NCBI GenBank assembly: GCA_041937175.2
Contig: CP166615.1
Coordinates: 608,001 to 672,000, forward strand
Direction of reading: 5' to 3'
DNA from: Limnothrix sp. BL-A-16
GTDB taxonomy: Bacteria > Cyanobacteriota > Cyanobacteriia > CACIAM-69d
DNA length: 64,000 nucleotides
Part shown: piece by piece, positions 38,759 to 49,600 of the stretch
Layout of the letters: each line of letters opens with the position of its first letter
How positions within the stretch are numbered: the first letter of the stretch is position 1
Made by a program: the position numbers and the translations under genes
Notes under the pieces: generated by a model
Database searches by the model: none
Told to the model about the DNA's origin: nothing
The model's input: only the letters and a program-made list of their open reading frames with translations

Positions 38759-40690
38759 ATGACTGTTGCTGCTGTCGATCGCCCCGTCCAACCCGATTTC
38801 CAAGACGACTTTGATGTGATTGTCGTGGGAGCCGGCCATGCGGGCTGCGAGGCGGCCTTGGCGGCGGCCCGGTTGGGCTGCCAGACCCTGTTGATCACGC
38901 TGAATTTGGACAAAATTGCCTGGCAGCCCTGCAACCCGGCCGTGGGCGGCCCGGCCAAGTCGCAGCTTGTCCATGAGGCCGATGCCCTGGGCGGCGAAAT
39001 TGGCAAAATCGCCGATCGCACTTATCTGCAAAAGCGGGTGTTGAATGCGTCGCGCGGGCCGGCGGTCTGGGCGTTGCGGGCCCAAACGGACAAGCGCGAA
39101 TATGCGGCAGAAATGAAGCTGATTGTGGAAAATCAGCCGAACTTGACGATCCGCGAAGGGATGGTCACAGATCTGATTTTGGGCAACAACGACGAGATCA
39201 TCGGCGTAGAAACCTACTTTGGCGTGGCGTTTCGCTGTCGATCGGTTGTGTTGACCACCGGCACGTTTTTGGGCGGGATCATCTGGGTCGGTAACAAATC
39301 GATGCCCGCCGGTCGCGCTGGGGAATTTGCCGCCGTGGGGCTGACAGACACCCTGAAGCGGCTGGGTTTCGAGACCGATCGCCTGAAAACCGGCACGCCG
39401 GCCCGGGTCGATCGGCGATCGGTGGACTTCAGCAAAATGGAACCTCAGCCGCCCGACCCTGACAACCGTTGGTTTAGCTTCGACCCAGCGGCGCACATTG
39501 AGCGGGATCAGATGAATTGCTATCTCACTCGCACCACCGCCGAAACCCATCGCCTGATCCAGGAAAATCTACATCTATCACCGGTCTATGGCGGCTGGGT
39601 TGATGCCAAAGGGCCGCGCTATTGCCCCAGCATTGAAGACAAAATCGTGCGATTTGCCGACAAGGAATCGCACCAAATTTTCATTGAACCGGAAGGACGC
39701 GAAATTCCTGAACTCTACATTCAAGGCTTTTCAACGGGCTTGCCGGAACGCTTGCAAATTGCCATGTTGCGATCGCTCCCGGGCCTAGAAAACTGCACGA
39801 TGTTGCGCCCGGCCTACGCGGTGGAATATGACTATTTGCCCGCCACCCAGTGCTATCCCACGATGATGACCAAAACTGTGGAAGGACTGTTCTGTGCGGG
39901 GCAAATTAATGGCACTACGGGTTACGAAGAAGCGGCGGCCCAAGGATTGGTGGCGGGCATCAATGCAGCTCGGTTGGCGCAGCAAAAACCGCCGATTATT
40001 TTGCCGCGTGAAAGCAGCTATATTGGCACGTTGCTTGATGATTTGTGCACGAAGGAATTGCGCGAACCCTATCGAATGCTAACCTCGCGATCGGAATATC
40101 GGCTGTTGTTGCGATCGGACAATGCTGATCGCCGGTTAACGCCCTTGGGTCGCGAAATTGGCTTAATCGACGATCGCCGCTGGGATCTGTTCCAAACCAA
40201 ACAGGCAAACATTGCCGCCGAACAGGAACGGCTACAAACCTCGCGAGTTAAGGAAAATGACCCGGCCGCTCCGGCGATCGTGGCGGCCACAGGTGGCCCG
40301 ATCAAAGGCTCCGTGACCCTAGTAGAATTGCTGAAGCGGCCGGGATTTCATTACGCACAATTGGCGGAGTTTGGGCTAGGAAATCCCGACCTCGATCGCG
40401 CGGAAACCGAAGGGGCGGAAATCGAAATCAAATATTCCGGTTACATCCAACGCCAACAGCGACAAATCGAGGCGATCGCCCGCCAAGAAAATCGCCGCCT
40501 ACCGGAAAATTTGGATTACCAGGCGATCGAAACTCTCTCGAAGGAATCGCGCGAAAAGCTGGCGAAGGTGCGGCCCCTAACGGTGGGCCAAGCCTCCCGA
40601 ATCGGCGGCGTGAACCCGGCGGATATCAATGCGCTGCTGATCTACCTGGAACTGCGCGATCGACAACCAGTCGCCACGATCACGGCTTAG
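38759..40690 (+). CDS. mnmG: tRNA uridine-5-carboxymethylaminomethyl modification enzyme
   Basis: [52 protein letters not shown]. Confidence 0.98.
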   Translation: MTVAAVDRPVQPDFQDDFDVIVVGAGHAGCEAALAAARLGCQTLLITLNLDKIAWQPCNPAVGGPAKSQLVHEADALGGEIGKIADRTYLQKRVLNASRGPAVWALRAQTDKREYAAEMKLIVENQPNLTIREGMVTDLILGNNDEIIGVETYFGVAFRCRSVVLTTGTFLGGIIWVGNKSMPAGRAGEFAAVGLTDTLKRLGFETDRLKTGTPARVDRRSVDFSKMEPQPPDPDNRWFSFDPAAHIERDQMNCYLTRTTAETHRLIQENLHLSPVYGGWVDAKGPRYCPSIEDKIVRFADKESHQIFIEPEGREIPELYIQGFSTGLPERLQIAMLRSLPGLENCTMLRPAYAVEYDYLPATQCYPTMMTKTVEGLFCAGQINGTTGYEEAAAQGLVAGINAARLAQQKPPIILPRESSYIGTLLDDLCTKELREPYRMLTSRSEYRLLLRSDNADRRLTPLGREIGLIDDRRWDLFQTKQANIAAEQERLQTSRVKENDPAAPAIVAATGGPIKGSVTLVELLKRPGFHYAQLAEFGLGNPDLDRAETEGAEIEIKYSGYIQRQQRQIEAIARQENRRLPENLDYQAIETLSKESREKLAKVRPLTVGQASRIGGVNPADINALLIYLELRDRQPVATITA

Positions 40691-40717
40691 CGATCAGAGT
40701 AAACTTAAAAGGCTGAT

Positions 40718-40746
40718 GTTGGGTTGAGGAACGCAACCCAACCTAC
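40718..40746 (-). repeat. GTAG-type REP-like hairpin
   Basis: GTAG-GTTGGGTTG-CGTTCCT-CAACCCAAC. Confidence 0.7.
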
Positions 40747-40778
40747 TGACTACTGCTGATGACTAGTAGGGCTGATTC

Positions 40779-40952
40779 ATGATAGTCGATTGGATACAAA
40801 AAATTGCATCATGGATTCAAAGTTTTTGGAATCAGTTAGACGAATCAACCAAGCGCAAAATCATTGATGCGATCGTGAAAGAGCTTGGGTTGCTACTGCG
40901 TGCATTTTATCGATACTGGAAAAGTCAATCCACAGAACAAGGTGAAGCATGA
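40779..40952 (+). CDS. Unannotated 57-aa Trp-rich small protein
   Basis: MIVDWIQKIASWIQSFWNQLDESTKRKIIDAIVKELGLLLRAFYRYWKSQSTEQGEA; TGA overlaps next ATG (ATGA 40949-52); below ORF-track cutoff. Confidence 0.75.
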   Translation: MIVDWIQKIASWIQSFWNQLDESTKRKIIDAIVKELGLLLRAFYRYWKSQSTEQGEA

Positions 40953-41290
40953 AAACATTTAAAGCATTCATCCAAGAGCTTGAAAATCTATCTACAACAG
41001 CTCTACCATCTGCAGACTCACTGGTATCGACTGTTGAAAGTGCCATGAACCTAGCAGTGAGTGCTTCATTGTCTCCAGTGCCAAGTAGTGATGAAGACAA
41101 GGAAAACCTAGCAAAAAAACAAGAATTTGTGGAGAAGGTAACTAACTTTATCCATGACGATCAATTTATCTCGGATTTGAGTGACCGAATTGGATTACCA
41201 TCTCCAGCCGAAACTAAAGATGAGTTTGTGGCACGAGGTAGTGACGCTCTTAAAAAAATGTTGTATGCCCGATTTGGCATCAAAGAATAA
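40949..41290 (+). CDS. Hypothetical 113-aa protein
   Basis: Clean AT-rich ORF overlapping the stop of the 57-aa ORF. Confidence 0.8.
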   Translation: MKTFKAFIQELENLSTTALPSADSLVSTVESAMNLAVSASLSPVPSSDEDKENLAKKQEFVEKVTNFIHDDQFISDLSDRIGLPSPAETKDEFVARGSDALKKMLYARFGIKE

Positions 41291-41322
41291 CTTCATGACT
41301 AGCAGCCTGTAGGGTGGAAAGT

Positions 41323-41431
41323 AGTAGTAGCGCGGTTGCCTTAATTCATCGGGTCTGCCAATTTCTGAGTCAGATTCGCCAAGCTTGTAAGCTTTGACAG
41401 CTCAATATTTTGAGTTTGCCGCGCTACTACT
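41323..41431. mobile_element. Miniature inverted-repeat element, family C
   Basis: 13-bp perfect TIR agtagtagcgcgg / ccgcgctactact; left end similar to the end at 58777. Confidence 0.7.
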
Positions 41432-41456
41432 CAACTTAAAAAGTCAACATTGAGAA

Positions 41457-41879
41457 TTGGCAGTGCCTAAACTAGATATTATTCACCATGCTGTGAAGCG
41501 CGCACTCATTAAAGACGGCTGGCTGATCACGGATGATCCATATATCATCCAGTACCAAAAGACGGTTCTCTATGCAGATCTTGGGGCTGAACGCCCGATC
41601 GCAGCCGAGCGAGCCGATCAGAAGCTAGTTGTAGAAGTTAAAAGCTTTATTGGTCAATCCAAAATTCAAGATCTGAAAGAAGCCCTTGGCCAATACGATA
41701 TTTATCGTTATCTTTTAGAAGAAACAGCACCAGAGCGAAAACTATATATTGCCGTTAGCGAAGTGTCTTATAGATCCTTTTTTATTCAAGATATTGCCCA
41801 GCTCATTATCAAAAAACATCCGCTATCCATGATTATTGTTGATCTTGAAATGGAGGAAATTACACAGTGGATAAATTAG
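41457..41879 (+). CDS. xisH: XisH-family protein
   Basis: H.AVK.AL.KDGWLITDDP, DLGAE, VEVKSF, ALGQY..Y, LYIAV, EEITQWI; exact start uncertain. Confidence 0.93.
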   Translation: MAVPKLDIIHHAVKRALIKDGWLITDDPYIIQYQKTVLYADLGAERPIAAERADQKLVVEVKSFIGQSKIQDLKEALGQYDIYRYLLEETAPERKLYIAVSEVSYRSFFIQDIAQLIIKKHPLSMIIVDLEMEEITQWIN

Positions 41880-42220
41880 TTGAATACTCCAAGCTGATTA
41901 AGGAAATTTTGGCGAGTTACGTTGAACTTTGTCGCCAGAAAAACAATGACAGCTTAGAGACTTTCTTGGTTGCTGATGATGTTAATCATCACTATCTCTG
42001 GATGAATTTAGGTTGGCAAAAGGGCGATCGCGTCAATGGCCCAACCGTCTATGTACGTATTCGAGAGGGGAAATTTTGGATTGAAGAGGACTGGACAGAA
42101 GAAGGAATCGCCACCGACCTCATGCGAGCAGGCGTACCCAAAACAGATATTGTTTTGGCATTTCATGAACCCAAAATCCGAGAACTGACGGGTTTTGCTG
42201 TCGCCAACTCGTTGCCATAA
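41867..42220 (+). CDS. xisI: XisI-family protein
   Basis: GKFWIEEDWTEEGIATDL.RAGVPK.DIVLAF. Confidence 0.94.
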   Translation: MDKLVEYSKLIKEILASYVELCRQKNNDSLETFLVADDVNHHYLWMNLGWQKGDRVNGPTVYVRIREGKFWIEEDWTEEGIATDLMRAGVPKTDIVLAFHEPKIRELTGFAVANSLP

Positions 42221-42278
42221 CTTATCTCAGCGATCTTCGCGATTGACTTTCATCTCAGTCATGCATAGAGGTTTGATC

Positions 42279-42614
42279 ATGCAAAATTTTCAAGTGATCG
42301 CCTCAAGGGTTGCGATCAATGAGAACCAAATCTCAGCATTCTGCCATCGATGGAAAATCACAGAATTTTCGTTGTTTGGGTCAGTCTTAAGAGATGATTT
42401 TCAGCCCGAAAGTAGTGATATTGATGTGCTTATTTCATTTTCCCCGGATGCACATTGGACACTGTTTGACTGGGCAGATATGGAAGACGAGATTCAACAA
42501 ATTTTCCAACGAAAAGTTGATCTGATCAGCCGCCGGGGGCTAGAACGCAGCCGCAATCAGCAACGCCGTCAAGCCATCCTAGATTCTGCCCAAGTGATTT
42601 ATGCAGCCTCGTGA
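42279..42614 (+). CDS. MNT (minimal nucleotidyltransferase) antitoxin
   Basis: LFGSVLRDDF...SDIDVL, RKVDL. Confidence 0.92.
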   Translation: MQNFQVIASRVAINENQISAFCHRWKITEFSLFGSVLRDDFQPESSDIDVLISFSPDAHWTLFDWADMEDEIQQIFQRKVDLISRRGLERSRNQQRRQAILDSAQVIYAAS

Positions 42615-42933
42615 ACCAAACTACCTACGAGATATGCTGAACGCTGCACAATTGGCGCAAAGCTTTGTGCAGGGGATTGGCTGGGAAACATTTGAACAAG
42701 ATTTAATGCGCCAAGCTGCGGTTATTCGTCAGTTTGAAATCATTGGCGAAGCTGCTCGTAGAATTTCTATTGAAACACAAGCAAGCATCCCGAGCATTCC
42801 TTGGGCTAAAGTGATTGGAATGTGAAATCGCCTGATTCATGAATATGATGCGATCGATCTTGAGGTTATTTAGGACACTATTCATCTGGCATTGCCGGGG
42901 CTAATCACTGCCATAGAGCAAGTCATTACCTGA
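42601..42933 (+). pseudogene. HEPN/DUF86 toxin with two in-frame nonsense codons
   Basis: EIIGEAA...IPW..VIGM*NRLIHEYDAIDLEVI*DT; TGA at 42823 and TAG at 42871. Confidence 0.9.
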
Positions 42934-42967
42934 TTTCCAGGGGTTAACTTGATCACGTTGATTTTGC

Positions 42968-43225
42968 TCAACCGGGTAGCGAATCCAGCAAAGCAGTCAA
43001 CATTCGGCGCGGATCGGCTTTTAACTTCACTGCCACCAAACCCAACAAACCACTAGCCGCTAAGCCCAGAAACCAACCGCCCACCGGCCAAGGCACATCG
43101 GCCACGCCATAGCAGTAGAGCGCAGCGAAAGCCAGTCCCAAAAGCCCCAGGACAGTGCCGCCCCAAAATCGCTGCCAAGTCGTCAAATTCTGGTCTGGAT
43201 TGAGATTATCAGGTTGCGTCTTCAT
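42968..43225 (-). CDS. Small hypothetical membrane protein
   Basis: Two hydrophobic segments. Confidence 0.6.
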   Translation of the reverse strand: MKTQPDNLNPDQNLTTWQRFWGGTVLGLLGLAFAALYCYGVADVPWPVGGWFLGLAASGLLGLVAVKLKADPRRMLTALLDSLPG

Positions 43226-43339
43226 CAATTCACCGAACAATGATAGGTGGACGATCGGAAGTTAAATCATGATCTGCTTCTCCAATGTAGCGAAACTCAG
43301 CTCAGGATTGTGTCCCCAAGTTCAAGGTTTATAGATCAA

Positions 43340-43858
43340 ATGGACTTTTCGTTTCAATGTACCTATTGCCACGAAGTGTATGAAGGATCGCCAAGCTTTG
43401 GGTTCACAGCGCCCGATCCCTACGTGGCACTTAGCGAGGAACAGAAGCAGTCGATCGCCTCGCCAACTGATGATTTGTGCGTGATTCACTATGAAAATGG
43501 CACGGTCGATCGCTTTGTCCGAGCAGTGCTGGAAGTGCCGATTCATGGCATCGATCGCCCCTTTCTCTGGGGTATTTGGGTCTCAGCGAGCGAACAAAGT
43601 TTTGATCGCTACGTTGCCACGTTTAATGACCCGATCGAGGGTGATGGCTTCTTTGGGTGGGTCTCGAATCGTATTCCTGAATATCCCGTGGAGTCGATGC
43701 GATCGGGTGATGTTTACATTCAAATGGGTCAGAAGCGCCCCAAGGTTTTGCTCCATCAACCCAAGCAAGGAATCGATCAACTATTCATCGATCAGCAGCA
43801 GGGAATTTCAGTCGATCGTGCTCAATTACTGACCGAAAAACTCTTACATGGACTCTAG
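43340..43858 (+). CDS. DUF2199 domain protein
   Basis: CTYC, DDLCVI, FVRAVLEVPI, FLWGIWVS.S..SF, FFGW.SN, RP, QQ.GI. Confidence 0.88.
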   Translation: MDFSFQCTYCHEVYEGSPSFGFTAPDPYVALSEEQKQSIASPTDDLCVIHYENGTVDRFVRAVLEVPIHGIDRPFLWGIWVSASEQSFDRYVATFNDPIEGDGFFGWVSNRIPEYPVESMRSGDVYIQMGQKRPKVLLHQPKQGIDQLFIDQQQGISVDRAQLLTEKLLHGL

Positions 43859-43900
43859 GGGCATCACGAATAAACTTCACCAATCATCCGTTTTATTCTT

Positions 43901-44614
43901 TTATTCCGCCTGAGTCCATTGTTGCATCAGCCATTGCATTGTTTCCCCTTGGCTTTCCTGTTGGCTTCGTTGCAAGGCCGCAGAAACCAGGGCGATCGAC
44001 AAGTTGGGTAAGACTGCGGACGTTTCAATCATGCCGCTGCGCCCTTGATCAATCCCAAATGCCACGACCTGGGATTGCACCGAATCCACCACCCAATATT
44101 CCTGAATTCCTAACTGTTCATACAACAGTCGCTTAAATCCCAAATCTGAATTGAGGGAACTGGCGGCAATTTCAATCACCAATGTGGGTGACTCATACTG
44201 ATCCAAATTGACAATCGCATTATTAGCTGGTGGCAAGCGGCGATCGCTCCCCAAATAAAATGCAATATCCGGTTGAGCTTCCCATTTTTTCAATTTCTGG
44301 AAGCTTACATTCGTGTAGCCGTCAACTTGCACTCCCAACTGCATGGCACACAGCAACACAAGCACACTGAATAGTGAATGATTTCTAGCGTGCAGTGGCC
44401 CAACTGGTGACATATCAATCAAAAACCAACCATCGTGATAAAAACATCGAGCCGCTGCGGATTCGGGGCGATCAGCTTGCTGGCGAAAATCTGTCCAAGA
44501 GCCAGCCAGCCAGCCTTCATCGAAGGAAGCAACGGTTGGGTTCGGTGCGATCGGTGCAATGTCGATCATGGATTGTTGGCCTCCGTGCGATCGCCTCACT
44601 TGATTATGACTCAA
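43901..44614 (-). CDS. Uma2-family endonuclease
   Basis: MSPVG..H, QPDIAFY, PTLVIEIA.SSL..D...KR.LYE..GI.EYWVVD; start uncertain. Confidence 0.92.
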   Translation of the reverse strand: MSHNQVRRSHGGQQSMIDIAPIAPNPTVASFDEGWLAGSWTDFRQQADRPESAAARCFYHDGWFLIDMSPVGPLHARNHSLFSVLVLLCAMQLGVQVDGYTNVSFQKLKKWEAQPDIAFYLGSDRRLPPANNAIVNLDQYESPTLVIEIAASSLNSDLGFKRLLYEQLGIQEYWVVDSVQSQVVAFGIDQGRSGMIETSAVLPNLSIALVSAALQRSQQESQGETMQWLMQQWTQAE

Positions 44615-44659
44615 GGGCTTAGTGCATCTAAGCTGAATTTTTTGACCCAGCGTAAAGCT

Positions 44660-45271
44660 CTAAGCTGATAGCTGTGAATTTATAAACTGAAGACCATGAT
44701 CAAATCGGGGAATCATTCGACAATTCAGATTTTGTAGAGATTCCACAATATCAGGGCGATCAAAGTCCTTAGAGTTTCGATTCAGAAAACAAGCTTTCTG
44801 TGGTTTTTTCTCTTCCAAATGATTTATGACTGAAGCATACACAACTGAGTCTTGGGCACTTAAGCCATATTCAGACTCGCAAGTAGCTGCATAACTCAAA
44901 ATTTTCTGGGAGAGCGTGATGATTTCGGCCACATCAAGCAACCGATTCCGATAAAGAGAGAATCTTGATCTCTCCTCTTGAGTACTCGCAATGATTAAGT
45001 TGGCAGTATCTTGTAGATTCTGAACGCGGTTTCGATAAACTTCTGACCGTTGTAACTGACTCAACTCTTGATTGAGTTCTTCTTGAAGCTTTTTGCGCTT
45101 TTGAGCTTGCCGATATAGCTTGTCGTTGGGTTCAACTAATGAGTAAGCAGGTATTACTAGCTTCAATTGGTGTGACTGACACAGCGCCAGAATTGCTTCA
45201 CAAGATTTATATTCTTCTTGCTGAAAAACCAACTCTAGAAAAAAGTTAGTCTCAACATAGACACTGATCAT
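44660..45271 (-). CDS. PIN-domain protein
   Basis: VYVETNF, IP.YSLVE, LS.QDSVVYASV, FLNRNSKDF. Confidence 0.8.
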   Translation of the reverse strand: MISVYVETNFFLELVFQQEEYKSCEAILALCQSHQLKLVIPAYSLVEPNDKLYRQAQKRKKLQEELNQELSQLQRSEVYRNRVQNLQDTANLIIASTQEERSRFSLYRNRLLDVAEIITLSQKILSYAATCESEYGLSAQDSVVYASVINHLEEKKPQKACFLNRNSKDFDRPDIVESLQNLNCRMIPRFDHGLQFINSQLSA

Positions 45272-45723
45272 GCAACCAGAACCTCATGCTCAATTTTTCC
45301 TCCTTGAATCGCTGAATAAAGCCCCGACTCCAGAATCCAGCTTTGAGACTCATCCAAATCACTTGGCTCTGGATTGGCATAGATCAGTGTAGCTAACCAA
45401 GTGGAAACAATTAAAACCAGACTTTGCCCAGCAACTTGATCTTTAGAAATACTGGCGCGATCAAAGTAGGGCTGAAGAATTGACTCTGCATTAATGATGT
45501 AGTCAGGTTCTCGGAGCAATGGAGCAGATTCCACATCACACCAAAGATAAAAATGATCTAAGAATGCAAATAGGAAATAAGGTACGTTGGGCTGATGGCC
45601 ATGGGCTAAAAGATTCCGGCGAAATTGAGCAACCCAACTGGGTGATTTTTGGCGGTAGCGTTTGACTTCAACCATCAGCACCAAACGCCCATCTGCGCCG
45701 CGCACAACTAAATCTGCTTGCAT
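45268..45723 (-). CDS. Hypothetical protein with restriction-endonuclease-like D...EVK motif
   Basis: ADLVV.......LMVEVK; ATGA overlap with PIN gene; start could be 45762. Confidence 0.7.
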   Translation of the reverse strand: MQADLVVRGADGRLVLMVEVKRYRQKSPSWVAQFRRNLLAHGHQPNVPYFLFAFLDHFYLWCDVESAPLLREPDYIINAESILQPYFDRASISKDQVAGQSLVLIVSTWLATLIYANPEPSDLDESQSWILESGLYSAIQGGKIEHEVLVA

Positions 45724-45880
45724 TTGAGGAGTTCCAGTTAACAGTCCAAGCACAATTCTCACCAGAAGTGCCTAGCTCCAGTATCGCTGATCCCATTGAG
45801 TCAGCATAAAAGTACAGATGCCGACCTAGGAGCGATCGGCATCTGCTGATTAATAAGTTTTGAGGCAAGTCGCGATCGCG

Positions 45881-48517
45881 TTAGCCGATCGCCCCTTCTA
45901 GTTGCGCCTTAGCAGCGGCGATCGCCTCATCCAGTTTGCTGGCATCGCGGCCGCCTGCTTGGGCTAGGTTGGGTTTGCCGCCGCCGCCGCCGCCGCAGAG
46001 TTTGGCGATCGCCCCGATGAATTTGCCCGCTTGCAGGCCCTTGGCGATCGTTGCTTTGCCAAAAGCCGCCACCAGGCTCACTTTGCCATCATCGGTGGCC
46101 GAAGCCAGCACTACCGCTGCGCCGTCGCCCAGCTTTTGGGCCAACCGATCGCCCGCCGTGGTCAGGGAAGCCGCATCGACCCCATCGATCCGCGCCACCA
46201 AAATTCGGAAGTCGCCGATCGCCTCGGCCTGGCTGGCCAAACTGTCGGACTTGGCGATCGCCAGTTCCGCTTTCAGGGCATCCAGTTGTTTTTGGCTGGT
46301 TTTCAGCTCCTCTTGCAGGGTGCTGACCCGATCGAGCACTTCCTCGGGCTTCACCTTGAACCGATCGCTTAGGTCGCGCACCACCCGATCGCGCAGGTTC
46401 AAATAGTCCAAAATTGCCGGGCCCGACACCGCCTCAATCCGTCGGATGCCAGAGGCCACGCCCGCTTCGGAAATAATCTTGAATGCGCCGATTTCCGCCG
46501 TGTTGCTCACGTGGGTGCCGCCGCACAGCTCCATGGACACGCCGGGGAAATCGACCACCCGCACCACGTCGCCGTACTTCTCGCCAAACATGGCCGTTGC
46601 GCCCTTGGCCTTGGCATCGGCGATCGGCATTTCCGCCACCACCGCGCCGTGGGCTTCCGCAATCCAGGTGTTCACTTGGCTTTCCACTTGGGCCACCTCG
46701 TCGGTGGTTAGGGGGCGGGGGCAATTGAAGTCAAACCGCAGCCGATCGAAGTCCACCAGCGAACCGGCTTGGGAAATGCTGGGATCGATCAGCGTTTTCA
46801 GGGCCGCTTGCAACAGGTGGGTGGCGCTGTGGTTGGCTTGGGCCCGGCGGCGACAGGCTTGGTCAATTGTGGCCGAGAGGGTTTGGCCAGCTTTTAAAGT
46901 GCCGCGCTCGACCCGCCCGAAATGCACAAAAAAGTCCGATTCTTTTTTGACATCGGTAATTCGTACCAGCAAATCATCGCCGCTGAAATAGCCCCGATCG
47001 CCAATTTGGCCGCCCGATTCCGCATAGAAGGGGGTGCGATCGAGCAGGATTTGCACCTCGTCTCCGGCGCTGGCGGTTTCTACCACTTTGCCCGCCACCA
47101 ACAGCGCTTCTACTTGGGCGGTGCTGGCGCTATTTTGGTAGCCCAAAAATTCGGTTTTTTGGACTTTTTCGGCCAGGGAATCGATCGAGCCTTGAACGGT
47201 CAAATCGATCGTTTCGTGGGCGGCGCGGGCCCGTTCCCGCTGCTTGTCCATCTCCACTTCAAACCCATCCACGTCCACAGAAATGCCCTGTTCTTCGGCA
47301 ATTTCCTGGGTCAATTCCAGCGGGAAACCAAAGGTGTCGTAAAGAACGAACGCATCGGCTCCGGAAATTTGTTGGGGATTTTTCGCGAGGATTTCTGCAA
47401 GCAGTTTCTCGCCCCGTTCCAAAGTTTTCAGGAATTGGGCTTCTTCCCGTTGCAACTCCGATTTGATGTAGTTAGCTCGATCGCGCACATTTGAATAAAT
47501 CGCTTCCGACAGAACGATCGCGGTTTCAGCCACTTTTGTGGTGAATTCACCGGAAATCCCGATCAAGCGACCGTGGCGCACCACCCGCCGAATCAACCGC
47601 CGCAAAATGTAGCCCCGACCCAGGTTAGAAGCCGTCACCCCATCGGCAATCAGATGCACGACCGCTCGCACATGGTCGCCGATCACCTTGAGGGAAACCT
47701 TGGTTTTTTCGTCGGCTTTGGCGTAGTCCACCTGGGCAATATCAGCGGCCGTTTTGATGATCGGAAAAATCAGATCCGTTTCATAGTTATTCGGCACTTT
47801 TTGCAGGATTTGGGCCATCCGTTCCAAGCCCATCCCGGTGTCGATATTTTGGTTTTGCAGGGGCGTGAGGTAGCCATCTGCGTCTCGGTTATATTGCATG
47901 AACACCAAGTTATAGAACTCGATGAACCGCTCATCGTCTTCTAGATCAACTTCACCGGCTTGGTCGGGAAAAAAGTCGTAATACAGTTCCGAACAGGGGC
48001 CGCAAGGGCCAGTGGGGCCAGACACCCAAAAGTTATCGGCCTCGCCCATCCGCTTAATCCGATGCTCGGGCACACCGACTTGATCGCGCCAGATTGCAAA
48101 GGCTTCGTCGTCGCTTTCAAACACACTAACGGCGATGTTTTTGGGATCTAAACCGAAGCCCACTTCAGGATCGGTGGAAAGTTTCCAGGCCCAGGCGATC
48201 GCCTCTTTTTTGAAATAGTCCCCGAAGCTAAAATTACCCAACATTTCAAAGAAGGTGTGGTGGCGCTTGGTGCGGCCCACGTTTTCAATGTCGTTGGTGC
48301 GGATGCATTTTTGGGAGGTGGTGGCGCGGGGCGTGGCGGGCGCTTGCTGGCCCAAAAAGATCGGCTTGAAGGGCAACATCCCGGCGATCGTCAGCAACAC
48401 CGTCGGATCTTCTGGAACCAGGGAGGCGCTGGGCAGGCGCTTGTGGGCCTGGGCCTCGAAGAAAGCCAGGAATTTTTCGCGAATTTGGGAACCGCTGAGG
48501 GGAGCTGGCGACGGCAT
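45881..48517 (-). CDS. alaS: Alanine--tRNA ligase
   Basis: [51 protein letters not shown]. Confidence 0.99.
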   Translation of the reverse strand: MPSPAPLSGSQIREKFLAFFEAQAHKRLPSASLVPEDPTVLLTIAGMLPFKPIFLGQQAPATPRATTSQKCIRTNDIENVGRTKRHHTFFEMLGNFSFGDYFKKEAIAWAWKLSTDPEVGFGLDPKNIAVSVFESDDEAFAIWRDQVGVPEHRIKRMGEADNFWVSGPTGPCGPCSELYYDFFPDQAGEVDLEDDERFIEFYNLVFMQYNRDADGYLTPLQNQNIDTGMGLERMAQILQKVPNNYETDLIFPIIKTAADIAQVDYAKADEKTKVSLKVIGDHVRAVVHLIADGVTASNLGRGYILRRLIRRVVRHGRLIGISGEFTTKVAETAIVLSEAIYSNVRDRANYIKSELQREEAQFLKTLERGEKLLAEILAKNPQQISGADAFVLYDTFGFPLELTQEIAEEQGISVDVDGFEVEMDKQRERARAAHETIDLTVQGSIDSLAEKVQKTEFLGYQNSASTAQVEALLVAGKVVETASAGDEVQILLDRTPFYAESGGQIGDRGYFSGDDLLVRITDVKKESDFFVHFGRVERGTLKAGQTLSATIDQACRRRAQANHSATHLLQAALKTLIDPSISQAGSLVDFDRLRFDFNCPRPLTTDEVAQVESQVNTWIAEAHGAVVAEMPIADAKAKGATAMFGEKYGDVVRVVDFPGVSMELCGGTHVSNTAEIGAFKIISEAGVASGIRRIEAVSGPAILDYLNLRDRVVRDLSDRFKVKPEEVLDRVSTLQEELKTSQKQLDALKAELAIAKSDSLASQAEAIGDFRILVARIDGVDAASLTTAGDRLAQKLGDGAAVVLASATDDGKVSLVAAFGKATIAKGLQAGKFIGAIAKLCGGGGGGKPNLAQAGGRDASKLDEAIAAAKAQLEGAIG

Positions 48518-48582
48518 AGGTTGGCGGGGTGGGACGGGACGATCGGAAGAAACTGTTGCTAAAACCAGTCTATGAGTTTAAC

Positions 48583-49536
48583 TCAAGTGGGGCCGGCGCT
48601 GATTAACTCCCGGACTTGTTGATAAAACCAGTGGTTACGATCGCGCGTTTCCTGCAAACTTTCGGGATAGGTGCGGCATTGTTTCAAAAAGCGCTGCCAG
48701 CCAGTCACATCGCAGGTAAATCGATCGTACCGACGGCGATCGATCCAGGTTTTTCCCAGTAGTTTTAGTTGCCAACCGGCAGGCCGCCACCGCTCGATCG
48801 GGAAAATGCCCGGTTGATGTTTCAGGGTATAGGTTTTGCTGGTGAACGGAAAGGCTAAAACCCTACGGCCTAACAGTGTTCCCCAATAGGCTCCATGGTA
48901 GGAACTGGTGAGAATAGTTTCGCCGGATCCGAGGAAGTTGAGAACCGTTTCAAAATCCGTTTCCTCGTTGGTCATGCGGGGAAAATCGGGGAAATCAATC
49001 TGGAATTTTTTATGGGAAAAAACTACAAATTCATGGCGAATTAGCCTTGGCTGGTCAAAGGCGGGATGTAGGCAACTGGCACAGGGCAGCCAATGGTAAC
49101 CCAATCCTAAATTCTCCACATGGGCATCCCGCAGCCCCACCAAATCAAACCCATCCAAATAGGGTCGATAGTCGAAGTTTTGAATTTGTTGGGGTGTAAA
49201 TTTGCCGTAGATCTGTTGACCCGGGCCCCAGGCAATTAGCTTGGTTTGATCGGGCGATTGTTGTCGTTGCTGAACCAAGGCTTGGATCGCCGGTTTAAAG
49301 CGATCGAACAAGAGACCGCCGCCACCCACCACATGGGCGATCGGGCGATCGCCTAACAGCGATTCCGCTTGAGTTTGGTCGCGGGCTTCCGGATCCAACC
49401 GGCGCAGGTCGATCGCTTTTTGATCGGCGGCTAATGTCAAATAACGACTAGGAGCCGCAAGCAAATCACCAATATTTTTGGGGTCAATGACATGCCAATT
49501 GAGTAACTGCCAAGCATCAGCAACAGAGGTATCCAT
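48583..49536 (-). CDS. Hypothetical protein, polysaccharide pyruvyltransferase-like
   Basis: NIGDLL, VGGGGLL, LVGLRD, PCASC, TSSYHG.YW..LLG; start MDTSV inferred. Confidence 0.7.
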   Translation of the reverse strand: MDTSVADAWQLLNWHVIDPKNIGDLLAAPSRYLTLAADQKAIDLRRLDPEARDQTQAESLLGDRPIAHVVGGGGLLFDRFKPAIQALVQQRQQSPDQTKLIAWGPGQQIYGKFTPQQIQNFDYRPYLDGFDLVGLRDAHVENLGLGYHWLPCASCLHPAFDQPRLIRHEFVVFSHKKFQIDFPDFPRMTNEETDFETVLNFLGSGETILTSSYHGAYWGTLLGRRVLAFPFTSKTYTLKHQPGIFPIERWRPAGWQLKLLGKTWIDRRRYDRFTCDVTGWQRFLKQCRTYPESLQETRDRNHWFYQQVRELISAGPT

Positions 49537-49600
49537 AGGCTCCGGGCGGCTGCCGTAACTCCGTGAAGGGATGATTCCCATTTTCCAAAGCGGCCCCCAC

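Noticed and set aside
41457..42220. Heterocyst-type excision element marked by xisH/xisI
   Set aside because: No XisF-like recombinase or interrupted gene; orphan xisHI pairs are common in cyanobacteria
42823..42873. Stop-codon recoding (Sec/Pyl) in the HEPN gene
   Set aside because: Both stops are single-base changes from the expected Arg and Trp codons; all other genes use standard stops
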